A program made the translations under genes and the position numbers. Source: an uncultured delta proteobacterium (GTDB taxonomy: Bacteria > Myxococcota > Myxococcia > Myxococcales > Myxococcaceae). Taken from it: a DNA stretch of 64,000 nucleotides. The notes under the pieces are model-generated. The model was given only the letters and a program-made list of their open reading frames with translations, ran no database searches and was not told where the DNA came from. Shown in pieces: positions 1-10,067 of the stretch; within the stretch, counting starts at the first letter, position 1, and the number at the start of each line of letters is the position of its first letter. Location: NCBI GenBank assembly GCA_963796055.1, contig CAWCKH010000004.1, positions 480,001-544,000 on the forward strand, given 5' to 3'.

Positions 1-698
1 TAGCACCCCCCGACCTGGTCCGAGGTGAGGAATCCCGACCCGAGAGGAGACCAGGCCAGCACGGGAAGTTGCTCCCGGGCGTGGAAGCCACGCGCCTCGC
101 GGTTCGACGGCCCGGCGATGCTCACCGAGCCAGCCCAGGGCGGTCGCACCCAGTCCACGAGCGAGAAGTGTGGGCTGCTGGCGGCCATCGGCGGAAGGCC
201 TTCCTCGGCGGCCGCAGCCTGGATTGCCTCGATGCGCCCGATGGTCCAGTTCGAGACGCCCCAGCCCCGCATCTTCCCCGCGCGGTGCGCCGCGGCGAGC
301 ATCCGCACCATCGGCTCCACCGGCGCCGCGGGGAAGTCGCGGTGGAGCAGGTAGAGGTCGAGCCGGTCGACCCGGAGCCTGCGCAGGCTGGCGTGGAGGT
401 CCGCCGAGAGCGCCGCCGCGGTGAGGCGGTTCGGGCGCACGCCCGGGTAGGGGTGACCGCCCTTGCCGATCAGGAAGAGCCGCTCCCGGAGGCCGCGCGT
501 GGCCAGCCACTGCCCGAGCAGCCGCTCGGTCCCCCCGAGCTGGTACGACGCGGCGAGATCGAACGCGGTGCAGCCCGCGTCCACCAGCGCGTCCAGCGTC
601 CGCAGCTCTTGCTCCCGCCGCGAACGACGCAGGAGCCGGTCGGGGAGGACGAAGCCCAGGCGCGCGGTACCGACCACGATGCGGGGGATCAGCGCCAT
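1..698 (-). CDS. Aldo/keto reductase (3' end runs off the window edge)
   Basis: Own translation from ATG 698: MALIPRIVVGTARLG...FDLAASYQLGGTERLLG...IGKGGHP...SLRRLRVDRLDLYLLHRD...GWGVSNW...LAWSPLGSG. These are AKR motifs (D-x4-Y, K, LLH, GVSN, WSPL). Absent from the ORF track because there is no stop inside the window. Confidence 0.85.
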   Translation of the reverse strand, partial: MALIPRIVVGTARLGFVLPDRLLRRSRREQELRTLDALVDAGCTAFDLAASYQLGGTERLLGQWLATRGLRERLFLIGKGGHPYPGVRPNRLTAAALSADLHASLRRLRVDRLDLYLLHRDFPAAPVEPMVRMLAAAHRAGKMRGWGVSNWTIGRIEAIQAAAAEEGLPPMAASSPHFSLVDWVRPPWAGSVSIAGPSNREARGFHAREQLPVLAWSPLGSGFLTSDQVGGC

Positions 699-708
699 GC
701 CGCCGCCG

Positions 709-1695
709 TCACGGCGCGACCTCCACCCCGCCGGCCGCTGTCCGCCGAAGTCCGGGGACGGCCACGGTGACCGCCGCGCACAGCAGCCCGAGGGCGATCT
801 GCGCCGCGTGGATGAGCAGCGCGAGCGCGGCGGCGCTGGCGGCGGTGAGGGCCAGCGCGCCGGCGCCCACCACCAGCGTTGCCTCGGTGGCTCCGAGCTG
901 ACCGGGGAGGAAGTCACCGATCGCGCTGCCGATGATCAACGCCCCACGGGTGACCAGCACCCGCCCCGGCCCGGACGGCTGACCGATGGCGGCGAGCGCC
1001 ACGGCGCACTGGGCCACCTGCGCCACCCGGCCCGCCGATTCCCAGACCAGAGAGCGGGCGAGCTCGGCCCGCGAGGCACCCACCACCGCGTCGAACGCCA
1101 GCCCGAACCGCTCCAGCCGCTTGATCAACCCGCCGAGGAGGCGGCCCAACCTGGCCCGCTCATGGGCGACCAGGATGCTGCCACCGGCCACCGCGGCGAC
1201 GAGGCCGTTGGTGAGGATGAGCCCCGCCGCCACTCCCGGGCCGAGCAGCGCCACCGCGGCCAGCAGCACGGGCACCACGATCACCGCAGTGGAGAGGAGC
1301 ACGATGCCCTGCATCTGCACCGCGGCCACCGCCGCCCTCGCCCCGCCGGTGTTCCGGCTCAGGAGCACGGCACGGGCGGCCTCGCCCGAGCCCCGGCCCA
1401 TCGGCACCACCAGCCCCACCGCGTAGCCCAGGGCGCCGGCCCGCACCCACTGTCGGACCGGAACGCGACTGCCAGCCGACCCGTAGAGGGCCCGCAGCGC
1501 GAGCGTGCTGCAGCCGACCATCACCGCCTCGAGCCCGGCCAGCGCAGGCAGGGCGTGCGCGCTGGCCCCGAGGGAGGCGAGCACCGCCCGGGCTCCGGCC
1601 GCCCAGACCGAGAGCACCAGCACGCCGGTCCCCACGACCGCGCAGGCGATGCGGACCAGTGGTCGCCCGAACAGCCCCGGTCCTCCCTCGCTCAT
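709..1695 (-). CDS. Multi-pass membrane protein, lysylphosphatidylglycerol-synthase TM/flippase-like (UPF0104)
   Basis: ATG 1695 overlaps the upstream stop (ATGA). Many hydrophobic helices; VPMGRGSGEAARAVLL and FLPGQLGATEA motifs are typical of this family. Confidence 0.7.
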   Translation of the reverse strand: MSEGGPGLFGRPLVRIACAVVGTGVLVLSVWAAGARAVLASLGASAHALPALAGLEAVMVGCSTLALRALYGSAGSRVPVRQWVRAGALGYAVGLVVPMGRGSGEAARAVLLSRNTGGARAAVAAVQMQGIVLLSTAVIVVPVLLAAVALLGPGVAAGLILTNGLVAAVAGGSILVAHERARLGRLLGGLIKRLERFGLAFDAVVGASRAELARSLVWESAGRVAQVAQCAVALAAIGQPSGPGRVLVTRGALIIGSAIGDFLPGQLGATEATLVVGAGALALTAASAAALALLIHAAQIALGLLCAAVTVAVPGLRRTAAGGVEVAP

Positions 1696-2999
1696 CCCGC
1701 CCTCGCCCGCACCAGCACCTCGGGCAGGCGCATCCAGACCCGGGCGAAGGCCTCGGCGTAGGCCTCGACCAGCGGCCGCGGCTGCGGCGCGATGGGGTAG
1801 GTCTGCGAGAACAGGCAGAGCGACCGGTCGAGGATGGCCCGCGTCACCGGGTACTGGGCGAGGTCGTAGCTCACCGGAGGGCCAGCCTGCGCTGCGCGGT
1901 CCGCCTCGAGCCGCCGGAACAGCGTTTGCCCGGGCACGGGCTGCGTCTGCCAGAGCACCACCTCGCAACCCTCGGCCCGGAGCGCACGCAGCACGGCGTC
2001 ACGCACCTCCGCCGGCCCGGCGTCCACCCCCAGCCTCGAGGCGTCCAGCTGCACCCGGTACTTGTGGAAGGCCGGGACACGATCCGCTGGGACCTCGGGC
2101 GGAGTCACCCCCGGCAGCGCGCGCAGCCGCCGGCTGAGGAGCTCGGCGTTGGCCAGCGCGTTGGCGTTCCAGTGCTCCAGCCGCCGGAGCTGGGCCCGGG
2201 CCACCGCGGCGGAGAGCTCGCTGGTGCGGTAGTTCCAGCCGATGGCCGCCGAGTCATAGGCGCGGTTGCCGTCGAGGGCATGCCGAAGGTCGTAGCTGGC
2301 CTCGTCCTCGGGGCGGCTGTCCTCCCCGAACATCCGGGCGGCGTGGGCGCGCCGGTAGACCGCCTCGTCCTCGGTCACCAGGAGCCCGCCCTCGCCCGAG
2401 GCCATGCTCTTCGAGGACTGCAGGCTGTACGAGCCAGCGAGCCCGACGGTCCCCGCGATCCGGCCGCGATAGCGCGCGCCGATCGCCTGGGCCGAGTCCT
2501 CGATGAGGAGCAACCCCCGCCGCTCGACGGTGTCGGCGATGGGCTGCAGCTCGCAGGGCACCCCGTGCAGGTGGACCGGGACGATGGCCCGGGTGCGCGG
2601 GCCGATGGCCGCCTCCACCCCGGCGGGGTCCAGGCCAAAGGTACGCGGCTCGACGTCGACGAACACCGGCACCGCCCCCTGGTGCAGCACCGCCATGGCA
2701 GTGGCCACGAAGGTGAAGGCAGGGACGATGACCTCGTCGCCGGCCTGGACCCCGGCGCCGATCAGCGCCAGGTGGAGCGCCGAGGTGCCGCTGTTGGTCG
2801 CCAGGCAGTACCGCGCGCCGACGAAGGTGGCGAACTCGCGCTCCAGGCCCCGCACCTCGGGGGCCAGCTGACCGGAGAGGACGCCGCGGTCCAGCACCCC
2901 GAGGACCGCCCGGCGCTCGTCCTCGCCCAGGACCGGCCAGCGGACGTGCGTCCCCGCCGGGACGGCCGGGGTGCCCCCGTGGATGGCCAGGGGCTGCAC
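1692..2999 (-). CDS. DegT/DnrJ/EryC1/StrS-family PLP aminotransferase (sugar/inosose aminotransferase type)
   Basis: NSGTSALHLAL, VIVPAFTFVATA, IEDSAQAIGA, SLQSSKSMASGEGG (PLP lysine), GWNYR. Confidence 0.92.
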   Translation of the reverse strand: MQPLAIHGGTPAVPAGTHVRWPVLGEDERRAVLGVLDRGVLSGQLAPEVRGLEREFATFVGARYCLATNSGTSALHLALIGAGVQAGDEVIVPAFTFVATAMAVLHQGAVPVFVDVEPRTFGLDPAGVEAAIGPRTRAIVPVHLHGVPCELQPIADTVERRGLLLIEDSAQAIGARYRGRIAGTVGLAGSYSLQSSKSMASGEGGLLVTEDEAVYRRAHAARMFGEDSRPEDEASYDLRHALDGNRAYDSAAIGWNYRTSELSAAVARAQLRRLEHWNANALANAELLSRRLRALPGVTPPEVPADRVPAFHKYRVQLDASRLGVDAGPAEVRDAVLRALRAEGCEVVLWQTQPVPGQTLFRRLEADRAAQAGPPVSYDLAQYPVTRAILDRSLCLFSQTYPIAPQPRPLVEAYAEAFARVWMRLPEVLVRARAG

Positions 3000-3000
3000 G

Positions 3001-4203
3001 CTAGACCGCGGCGCGAAGGCGGCGGGCGACCTTCTCCACCCACTCCTGGAGGAGGGCGTTCTGCTTGAACAGGTCGTTCACCGCGCGCTCGCCCTCGCGG
3101 TGGTAGGGCGCCTTGAAGAAGAGCGAGAACTGACGCTGGATGCCCCGCTCTCCGCAGCGCTGGGCCACGTCCATCAGGCGTACCAGATCGACCACCAGCG
3201 GCGCGGCGAGGATCGAGTCCTTGCAGAGGAAGTTGATCTTGATCTGCATCCGCTCGCCGAGGAACCCCAGGACGTCGATGTTGTCCCAGGCCTCCTTCTC
3301 GTCCCCGCGGGGGCGGTAGTAGTTGATGTGGACCTGGTGGTCGGTGACCTCGTAGCCGAGGATCTCGTCCAGCACCGAGAGCTTGCTCGCGACCTTGGTC
3401 TTGTTGCTCTCCGGATCGTCGAGCACCCGGCCGTCGTTGTTCCCCAGGATGTTGGTGGAGAACCAGCCCTGAACATGGAGCTGCCGCACGGCGAACGCCG
3501 GGGCGAGCGCGGTCTTGAGCAGCGTCTGACCGGTCTTCCCGTCCTCACCGGCGATGGGGATGCCCGCGGTCTCGGCCAGCGACTCCAGCGCCGGCACCTT
3601 GGTCAGGCTGGGGGTGAAGTTGACGTGCCCCGCTCCGAGCTTGCAGGCCAGGTACAGGTACTTCATCGCCGGGCTGATCCGCTCGTCGCTGCGGGACAGG
3701 CCCGCCTCGAAGGCGGCCACCGTGCGATGCACGTCCGAGACCTCGGCGTGCCGCTCGGTGGAGCCGAGGTTGACGATGATCAGCCGGTCGAGCTTGTTGG
3801 CTGCCTTGAAGTCCTTCACGTTGCGGGTGAGGAGATCCAGCTCCTCGCGGTGGCTCTTGGCGGTGACCACGTGGTTCGCGTCCTCGGTGCCGAGGAACTT
3901 CTCGGAGACCACCCCCGGCCACGGCTTGATCGCCCGGAGCTCCGGCTCGACCTTCCGGAGCAGGTGCTCGGGCACGATTCGCTCCCGGAGGGCCGCCTCG
4001 AAGATGTTGGCGTCCCGGATGTCCCAGCCGCCGAAGACCAGGCTGTCCAGGGGGGCGCAGGCGAGGGTCTGCGGCAGGCCTCCGGTCTCGGTGACCATCC
4101 CGATGCGTGGAGCCAGCCCGCGCTTCATCAGGGCGACGCCCGCGATCACCGTGCTGGCCACGGCACCACCCGCGCCGACGAAGCAGACTCCCAACCGGCT
4201 CAT
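3001..4203 (-). CDS. ino1: myo-inositol-1-phosphate synthase
   Basis: GAGGAVAST Rossmann motif, VFGGWDI, GEDGKTGQTLLK, NILGNNDG, WDNID, CKDSILAAPLVVDL. Confidence 0.93.
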   Translation of the reverse strand: MSRLGVCFVGAGGAVASTVIAGVALMKRGLAPRIGMVTETGGLPQTLACAPLDSLVFGGWDIRDANIFEAALRERIVPEHLLRKVEPELRAIKPWPGVVSEKFLGTEDANHVVTAKSHREELDLLTRNVKDFKAANKLDRLIIVNLGSTERHAEVSDVHRTVAAFEAGLSRSDERISPAMKYLYLACKLGAGHVNFTPSLTKVPALESLAETAGIPIAGEDGKTGQTLLKTALAPAFAVRQLHVQGWFSTNILGNNDGRVLDDPESNKTKVASKLSVLDEILGYEVTDHQVHINYYRPRGDEKEAWDNIDVLGFLGERMQIKINFLCKDSILAAPLVVDLVRLMDVAQRCGERGIQRQFSLFFKAPYHREGERAVNDLFKQNALLQEWVEKVARRLRAAV

Positions 4204-5780
4204 GCACGCTCCCAGGGCAACTCGATCAATGTCGCATATTTTACGAGGATGTCCCGCTTAGAATTCTCCACAACCCTCGGGAACTTCTGCTGCGGGCTCC
4301 TCCGGCCAATGTCTTCCATGAACCGCCTGGCGCCGCCAGGTGGCAGGGAGAACAGGGCGGGAGGCAGGATGGCCACGTCCGACGTCCGGTGCTCGCGGTA
4401 GACGCGGTTCTGGGCGCAGAGGCTCTCGTCGAAGGCGCGGGCGAAGCGGCGCGGGTCGGCGGGCGGCTGATCGAACTCGACGAAGATCTGGTACCGCCCC
4501 TTCGCCGTTCCCGCCACTCCGACCTCCGCCCCGGCGGAGAACTCCACCACCGAGCACGAGGCAGCCCGCACGGCGGCGTCCATGGCCCGCTCGATCTCCA
4601 CGAACGAGACCAGCTCCTGGGTGAGCGAGAGCACGCCCGAGGTCCGCCCCACGAACTCCAGGCGGTGCGGGAAGACGCTCTGGAACTGCACCAGGTCGCC
4701 GATCAAGTAAGCGAAGAGGCCGGAGGAGGTGCTCACCGCGATCGAGTAGTCGACGCCCGGCTCCACCTCCCAGAGGGGAACGCGGGGCGCGTCGGGCTTG
4801 TCGTGCTCGTCCGCGGGGACGAACTCGAAGAACACCCCCCGGTCGGGAACCACGAGCATCCCCGGCTCACCGATGCGATCGGTGACCGCGAAGATGCCGC
4901 CCTCGGTGGCGTTGTAGTTGTCCATGACCACGATCGGGTGCCCGACCCGCTTCTCGATGACAGGCCGGTAGGGCTCGGCGTTGATTCCACCCCCGAAGAG
5001 GACTGCCAGGTTCGGCCACAGCTCGGACACGGTGCTCACCGGTCGCCCGCGCGCGGCCGCCGCCCGGAGCACCTTGTCGAAGAACACCGAGAACCAGCAG
5101 GTGGTGCCGGACAGGGCGCGGACGTCGTGCTCCAGGTAGGCCGCCGCCATCTTTTCCAGCTTTTCATCATAATCTGGAATATCTCGAAGTTCTGCTGTCG
5201 GGAGCACCCCGTCCCGGACGGGCCAAGGCACATGTCGTTGCATCAGCCCTGGATTGTTGGTGTTGCTCACCGGACCGTCCGGCCGGAGGGTCGAGGGCGG
5301 GAAGAGCCCCAGGGTGTAACCGCCAAGGAACCGGGCGTGCCCGACGTGAGTCACGTACCGCGCGACCACGTCGAAGGCCGACTTCTGCTGCCACCGGATC
5401 TGCCGCTCCGAGATCGGCAGGAACTTGTGCTGGGCGAGCGTCTGCGAGCTTCCCGATGATTGGCCGTAGAAGCGGATCAGCCCCGGCCAGAGCACGTCGT
5501 GGGCGCCGCGGCGCATCCGCTCGAGGTACGGCTCGAAGTCGGCGTAGGTCCGCAGCGGCACCCTCTCCCGGAGGTCGGAGTGGGTCGACACCTCGGCGAG
5601 CCGGTGCGCGCGGCCGAATTCCGTCCGGGCGGCCGCCCGACAGTTCTCCCTCAGTGCTGCGAGCTGGACCTCTCGTAGACGGTTGCGGTCGCCGGCAAGC
5701 CGGTCCCAGGCCATGACCCGCGCAGACGCCGCCGTCCAGGCCAGCGGGCCGATGACCCTTCCGCCGCGACGAACTTTCAT
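4200..5780 (-). CDS. GH3-family acyl-adenylate/amide synthetase-like protein
   Basis: TEFGRAH, VPLRTYADFEPY, SSGSS..KFLP, YNATEGG, FFEFVP, GLFAYLIGDLV, QQKFPRV. Start set at ATG 5780; the longer track ORF overlaps the ALDH gene. Confidence 0.85.
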   Translation of the reverse strand: MKVRRGGRVIGPLAWTAASARVMAWDRLAGDRNRLREVQLAALRENCRAAARTEFGRAHRLAEVSTHSDLRERVPLRTYADFEPYLERMRRGAHDVLWPGLIRFYGQSSGSSQTLAQHKFLPISERQIRWQQKSAFDVVARYVTHVGHARFLGGYTLGLFPPSTLRPDGPVSNTNNPGLMQRHVPWPVRDGVLPTAELRDIPDYDEKLEKMAAAYLEHDVRALSGTTCWFSVFFDKVLRAAAARGRPVSTVSELWPNLAVLFGGGINAEPYRPVIEKRVGHPIVVMDNYNATEGGIFAVTDRIGEPGMLVVPDRGVFFEFVPADEHDKPDAPRVPLWEVEPGVDYSIAVSTSSGLFAYLIGDLVQFQSVFPHRLEFVGRTSGVLSLTQELVSFVEIERAMDAAVRAASCSVVEFSAGAEVGVAGTAKGRYQIFVEFDQPPADPRRFARAFDESLCAQNRVYREHRTSDVAILPPALFSLPPGGARRFMEDIGRRSPQQKFPRVVENSKRDILVKYATLIELPWERA

Positions 5781-5913
5781 GAATCGACGAGGGCGCTGCG
5801 TAACACCCGGAGACTGCTCTGGCAACGGGCAAGCGGGCCCGGGTGGGTACTCCCAAGGGTCAAGGGCGAGCGTGTTAAGAGGAGTCGCCCCACCCGGTGG
5901 GTGACCCCCCTCG

Positions 5914-7461
5914 ATGGCGTCGACCGAACCACCCCTGACAGAGGCGGCTCCTCCCGCGCCCCCCGAGCCCCTCGCAGCCAAGGTGGCGCGGGCGCGCGAC
6001 GCCCAGGAGGCCTGGAGGCACACCCCCTTCGACGAGCGGGTGACGTGCCTGACCCGCGCGGCGAGAGAGATGCTCACCCGACGCCAGGAGGCAATGGCGC
6101 TGGTCGAGCAGGAGATCGGCAAGGTCCACGCCGAGGCGCTCTTCAACGAGGCGCTGGGTCCGCTGGACGCGGTGAAGGGCTGGGCCAGCGTGCTCGGGCC
6201 CGCGCTGGCGCGGCGGAGGGTTCCGCTCAATCCGCTCGGGTTTCCGGGCAAGCGCGCCTACGTGGACGCCGTGCCCCGGGGGGTGATCGCCATCATCGCG
6301 CCCTGGAACTTTCCGGTGGCCGGCCTTTACCGGTCGGTCTTCCCGGCGCTGATGGCCGGCAACGCCATCGTGCTCAAGCCGAGCGAGTACTCGCCACGCT
6401 CGAGCGGATGGTTCGCCGAGCGGCTCGCCGCGCACCTCCCCGCGGGCGTGGTGCAGGTGGCGTCCGGGGATGGCTCGGTGGGTGCGGCGCTGCTCGACGC
6501 CGGGCCGGACGGCTGCGTCTTCACCGGGTCCACTGCCACCGGGCGACGGGTGGCGATCCGGTGCGCCGAGCGGGGAATCCCCTGCAGCGCCGAGATGGGG
6601 GGCAAGGACCCCGCCATCGTCCTCGCCGACTGCGACCTCGAGCGCACCGTGGCCGGCATCACCCACTGGGCGCTGTGCAACGCCGGGCAGGCCTGCGGGG
6701 CGATCGAGATCGTCTACGCCGAGCGCGGCATCGCCGATGCGCTGGTGGAGCGGCTGCGCGAGGTCTGGACGGAGCTCCGCGTGGGCCCGGCCCACGGCAC
6801 ATCCGCCGACGTGGCGCCGCTGGCCAACGCCCGGCAGCTGGAGGTGGTGCGGCAGCAGGTCGAGGAGGCGAAGGCACGCGGGGCCACCGTGGTATGCGGG
6901 GGCGCTTCGCTCGGGGAAGGGTTGTGGTTTCTGCCCACCGTGCTCGACCACTGCACCGAGGCGATGTCGGTGGTGCGCGAGGAGACGTTCGGCCCGGTGC
7001 TGGCCATCATCCGGGTGGAAGGTCCGGCCGAGGCCATCCGCGCCGCGAACCAGCTGCGCTACGGACTGGGCGCCTCCATCTGGACCGGCGATCTGGCCCG
7101 GGGTCAGCGCCTGGCGGAGCGGCTCGACTACGGCGTGGTGAGCGTCAACAACCACTCGTTCACCGGCGCAGTACCGAGCCTCCCCTGGTCCGGCACCCGG
7201 GCCACCGGATTCGGCGTGGCCAACAGCGCGCTGGCGCTGGCCACCCTCGTCCGGCCACGCACCCTGGTGGTCGACCGCCGTCGCGACCCGGAGCTCTACT
7301 GGATGCCCTACGACGAGACCCTGGTGGAGCTGGGCGACGTCCTGGCCGATCTCCAGACCAGCCGGCTCGACCGCGCCTGGAAGCTGCCGGGGCTCATGCG
7401 CCGACGGATGCGGGCGCTGCGGGCCTTCTTCCGCAGGCGGCGCTCATCCGAGCTGCGGTGA
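5914..7461 (+). CDS. Aldehyde dehydrogenase
   Basis: IIAPWNFP, LKPSE, FTGSTATG, EMGGKD, NAGQAC (catalytic Cys), EETFGP. Confidence 0.93.
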   Translation: MASTEPPLTEAAPPAPPEPLAAKVARARDAQEAWRHTPFDERVTCLTRAAREMLTRRQEAMALVEQEIGKVHAEALFNEALGPLDAVKGWASVLGPALARRRVPLNPLGFPGKRAYVDAVPRGVIAIIAPWNFPVAGLYRSVFPALMAGNAIVLKPSEYSPRSSGWFAERLAAHLPAGVVQVASGDGSVGAALLDAGPDGCVFTGSTATGRRVAIRCAERGIPCSAEMGGKDPAIVLADCDLERTVAGITHWALCNAGQACGAIEIVYAERGIADALVERLREVWTELRVGPAHGTSADVAPLANARQLEVVRQQVEEAKARGATVVCGGASLGEGLWFLPTVLDHCTEAMSVVREETFGPVLAIIRVEGPAEAIRAANQLRYGLGASIWTGDLARGQRLAERLDYGVVSVNNHSFTGAVPSLPWSGTRATGFGVANSALALATLVRPRTLVVDRRRDPELYWMPYDETLVELGDVLADLQTSRLDRAWKLPGLMRRRMRALRAFFRRRRSSELR

Positions 7462-9354
7462 GATCTGATCCGCCGCGCGCGCGGCGATGGCCATGATGGT
7501 GAGCTGGGGATTCACCCCCAGCGGTCCCCGCACCGTGCTGCCGTCCACGATGAATAGCCCGGGCACGTCGTGCGCCTGGTGGTCCAGGCCCACCACGCTG
7601 GTTCGCCGGTCGGTCCCCATCTGGCAGGTGCCCAGCGGGTGATAGCTGACCATCGCCAGGTCCGAGGCGGAGAGCTCCATCTTCCGGAACTCGTCCAGCC
7701 GTCGGGGCTCGAGGCCCCCGAGCCCCATCACCCCCGGGTAGAGCCGGCGGGCGCCGGCGGCGACCAGCAGCTGCATCGACAGCTCGAGCCCCCGCTTCAG
7801 CCTCGCCACGTCGGCCGGGGTGACCGTGTAGCGGATGACCGGCAGCCCGCGGAACTCCCCCCACACCCGGCCGTTGCGCGTGGCATCGGCGGCGAGCGGC
7901 CCCACCCCGCCCACGTGGCGGAGCTGCGCGAGCGGCTCCATCAGCCGGCGGCCGATTGCAGGGAACATGCTGGGCATCGCGTTGTGGCTCGCCTGCGCCG
8001 CCACCAGGAGGATTCCCTCCTCGAGGAACTCCTCCGATCCGTAGCCCTGCGGGATGTGGTCGAACCCGCGGATCTCCTCGTCGAAGAGCGCCATCACCAC
8101 CACGCTGGGATGCACGGTGAGGTTCCGCCCCACCTGTCCGCTCGCATTGGCGATGCCCTGCCGGAGGAGCAGCAGCGGGCTGGAGATGGTCCCCCCGGCG
8201 AGCACCACCGCCCGGGCCCGGATGCGGATCAGCGCCCCGTTCTGGGCGGTGCCCTCCAGACCGGTGGCGCGGCCGTTCTCCACCAGCACCCGCTCGGCCT
8301 TCAGGCCGGTGAAGAGCATCGCCCCCCGCTCGAGCGCCGGCGGCAGGTACGAGACGTTGGTGCTCTTCCGGGCGTCGCTCCGGCAGCCGACGTGACAGAA
8401 GCCCGACGCCTCGCACCCGGGCGCGTTGCGGAGCAGCTGCCCGTGCTTCCACCCGAGCGCGTCGCACCCGCGCTGCATGACCTCGGCGATCGGCCCCACG
8501 TACCTCCGGGAGGAGGGGCCCACCCCGAGGTGGCTCTCCACCCGCTCGAAGTACGTCGCCATGCGCGAGGGCTCGAGCGCGTCGGTGCCCATCTCCTCGC
8601 ACCAGCGCTGCAGCACCCACGGTGGTGTGCGGAACGCGGTCCCGCCGTTCACCGCCGTCGACCCGCCCACCATCCTCCCCACGAAGACCGGGAAGGTCGC
8701 GTTCCCCAGCGCGAACACCGGCTTGTAGAAGCGCTCATAGGCCCGCACCGTGCTGCCGTCGAAGCTGTGGCGGTGGTAGAGCTGGCCCTCCTCGACGAAC
8801 ACCACCGCGTGGCCGCGCGCGGCGAGTTCGTGACCGACCACCCCCCCACCCGCACCGGTGCCGATGACCACCACGTCGCACTCCACGTCGCCGCCGGTCC
8901 ACGCCTCGGCGGCGTGGGTCTGCGCCATCCAGCGCGGCTCGGTGACCGGAAGGGGCGGCTTCGGCCGGGCGCCCAGCGCCCGCTGCACGTGGGCGGCGTC
9001 GAAGTGGACGATCTTGTAGACGCTGGAGAGGAGCGAGAGCGGCGTCTTGAAGAGCGGATCGCGCTCCCACTGGAGGAGGAGCGCCTGCTGCCGCGCCGCG
9101 GAGAGGGCATGGAACGCCCGGCCGGTGCGCAGCCGGGCAGCGGCGTCGAGCGCGCGGTGGGCCGCGGTCCAGGCGGTGGCCAGCCTCGGCGACAGCCGCG
9201 ACACCACCGCCGCCACCTCGCGCACCGTGGTGTCGTCGGCGGCGGGAATGACGCTGGTGCCGGGGATGATCGCCTCGGCCAGCGCGAGCATCGCCCGGTC
9301 CACGCCCTCGGCGGACGGGCGCGGCGCGTTGCTGGCGAGGGAAGAGGCTTCCAC
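7444..9354 (-). CDS. GMC oxidoreductase (long-chain alcohol oxidase-like) with N-terminal helical extension
   Basis: DVVVIGTGAGG, GRMVGGSTAVNGG, C..SGFCHVGC, HPLGTCQMG, GVNPQLTIMA. Confidence 0.88.
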   Translation of the reverse strand: MEASSLASNAPRPSAEGVDRAMLALAEAIIPGTSVIPAADDTTVREVAAVVSRLSPRLATAWTAAHRALDAAARLRTGRAFHALSAARQQALLLQWERDPLFKTPLSLLSSVYKIVHFDAAHVQRALGARPKPPLPVTEPRWMAQTHAAEAWTGGDVECDVVVIGTGAGGGVVGHELAARGHAVVFVEEGQLYHRHSFDGSTVRAYERFYKPVFALGNATFPVFVGRMVGGSTAVNGGTAFRTPPWVLQRWCEEMGTDALEPSRMATYFERVESHLGVGPSSRRYVGPIAEVMQRGCDALGWKHGQLLRNAPGCEASGFCHVGCRSDARKSTNVSYLPPALERGAMLFTGLKAERVLVENGRATGLEGTAQNGALIRIRARAVVLAGGTISSPLLLLRQGIANASGQVGRNLTVHPSVVVMALFDEEIRGFDHIPQGYGSEEFLEEGILLVAAQASHNAMPSMFPAIGRRLMEPLAQLRHVGGVGPLAADATRNGRVWGEFRGLPVIRYTVTPADVARLKRGLELSMQLLVAAGARRLYPGVMGLGGLEPRRLDEFRKMELSASDLAMVSYHPLGTCQMGTDRRTSVVGLDHQAHDVPGLFIVDGSTVRGPLGVNPQLTIMAIAARAADQISPQLG

Positions 9355-9392
9355 CTGGAGGGTTTTGACACGCGCACACGGAGTGCCGTCAA

Positions 9393-10058
9393 GTGAGACT
9401 CACCACCATGGCTCCCTCGATGTCTCTGGTGCTCGCGGCGCTGGCCGCGAGCGACGGAGGAACCGCGCCGCCGCCCGCGCACCGGGCCGCCATCCCCCCG
9501 AGCGCCTTCACCGTCTTCAAGCAGGATTCCGGACCAGTGAACTACTACTCGGTCGCCTCCGAGGAGAACGCGCCCATCCTCCGCGCCCTCTACCGGCCCG
9601 GGCTGGGGAACGTGGTGCTCAACGCCCGCGTTCCGGAGGCGGCCAGGCAGTCGGTGCGCTCGGTGAGCTGGCGCTGGCGGGCGCACCTGCTGCCGAAGGA
9701 GGCGAACGACTGCGGACCGGGGGCATCGGACGCGGCGGCCTCGGTCTTCCTGGCCTTCAAGGCCGGGCTGAAGCTCATGGTCATCAAGTACGTCTGGAGC
9801 ACGGTGGGTACCGTCGGGGCGTCCTGTCAGTCCACCCGCGGATGGTTCTTCGACCGCGACACCACCTTGCTTCAGGTCGGCGGGCCGCTGGACGTCTGGA
9901 CCTCGTACACGGTGGACCCGAGAAGGGAATTCGTGAAGCACTACGGCGGAAAGCTCGAGGACGTGCCCGACTTCGTGGCCATCGGGGTGATGACCGACGG
10001 CGACAACTCGCAGACGCCGGCCGAGGCCGACTACGCGGACTTCGTGGTCGAGTGGTAG
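9393..10058 (+). CDS. Secreted DUF3047-like protein
   Basis: Signal-like N-terminus; WRWRA, IKYVWS and C-terminal IGVMTDGDNS...ADYADF typical of DUF3047. Start uncertain (9393 or 9408). Confidence 0.7.
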   Translation: MRLTTMAPSMSLVLAALAASDGGTAPPPAHRAAIPPSAFTVFKQDSGPVNYYSVASEENAPILRALYRPGLGNVVLNARVPEAARQSVRSVSWRWRAHLLPKEANDCGPGASDAAASVFLAFKAGLKLMVIKYVWSTVGTVGASCQSTRGWFFDRDTTLLQVGGPLDVWTSYTVDPRREFVKHYGGKLEDVPDFVAIGVMTDGDNSQTPAEADYADFVVEW

Positions 10059-10067
10059 GCGCCGGGC

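Noticed and set aside
5820..5835. TGGCAACGGGCAAGCG, a GG-N10-GC match upstream of the ALDH gene
   Set aside because: Lacks the T before the -12 GC and has no paired upstream sites; plausible by chance at this GC content.
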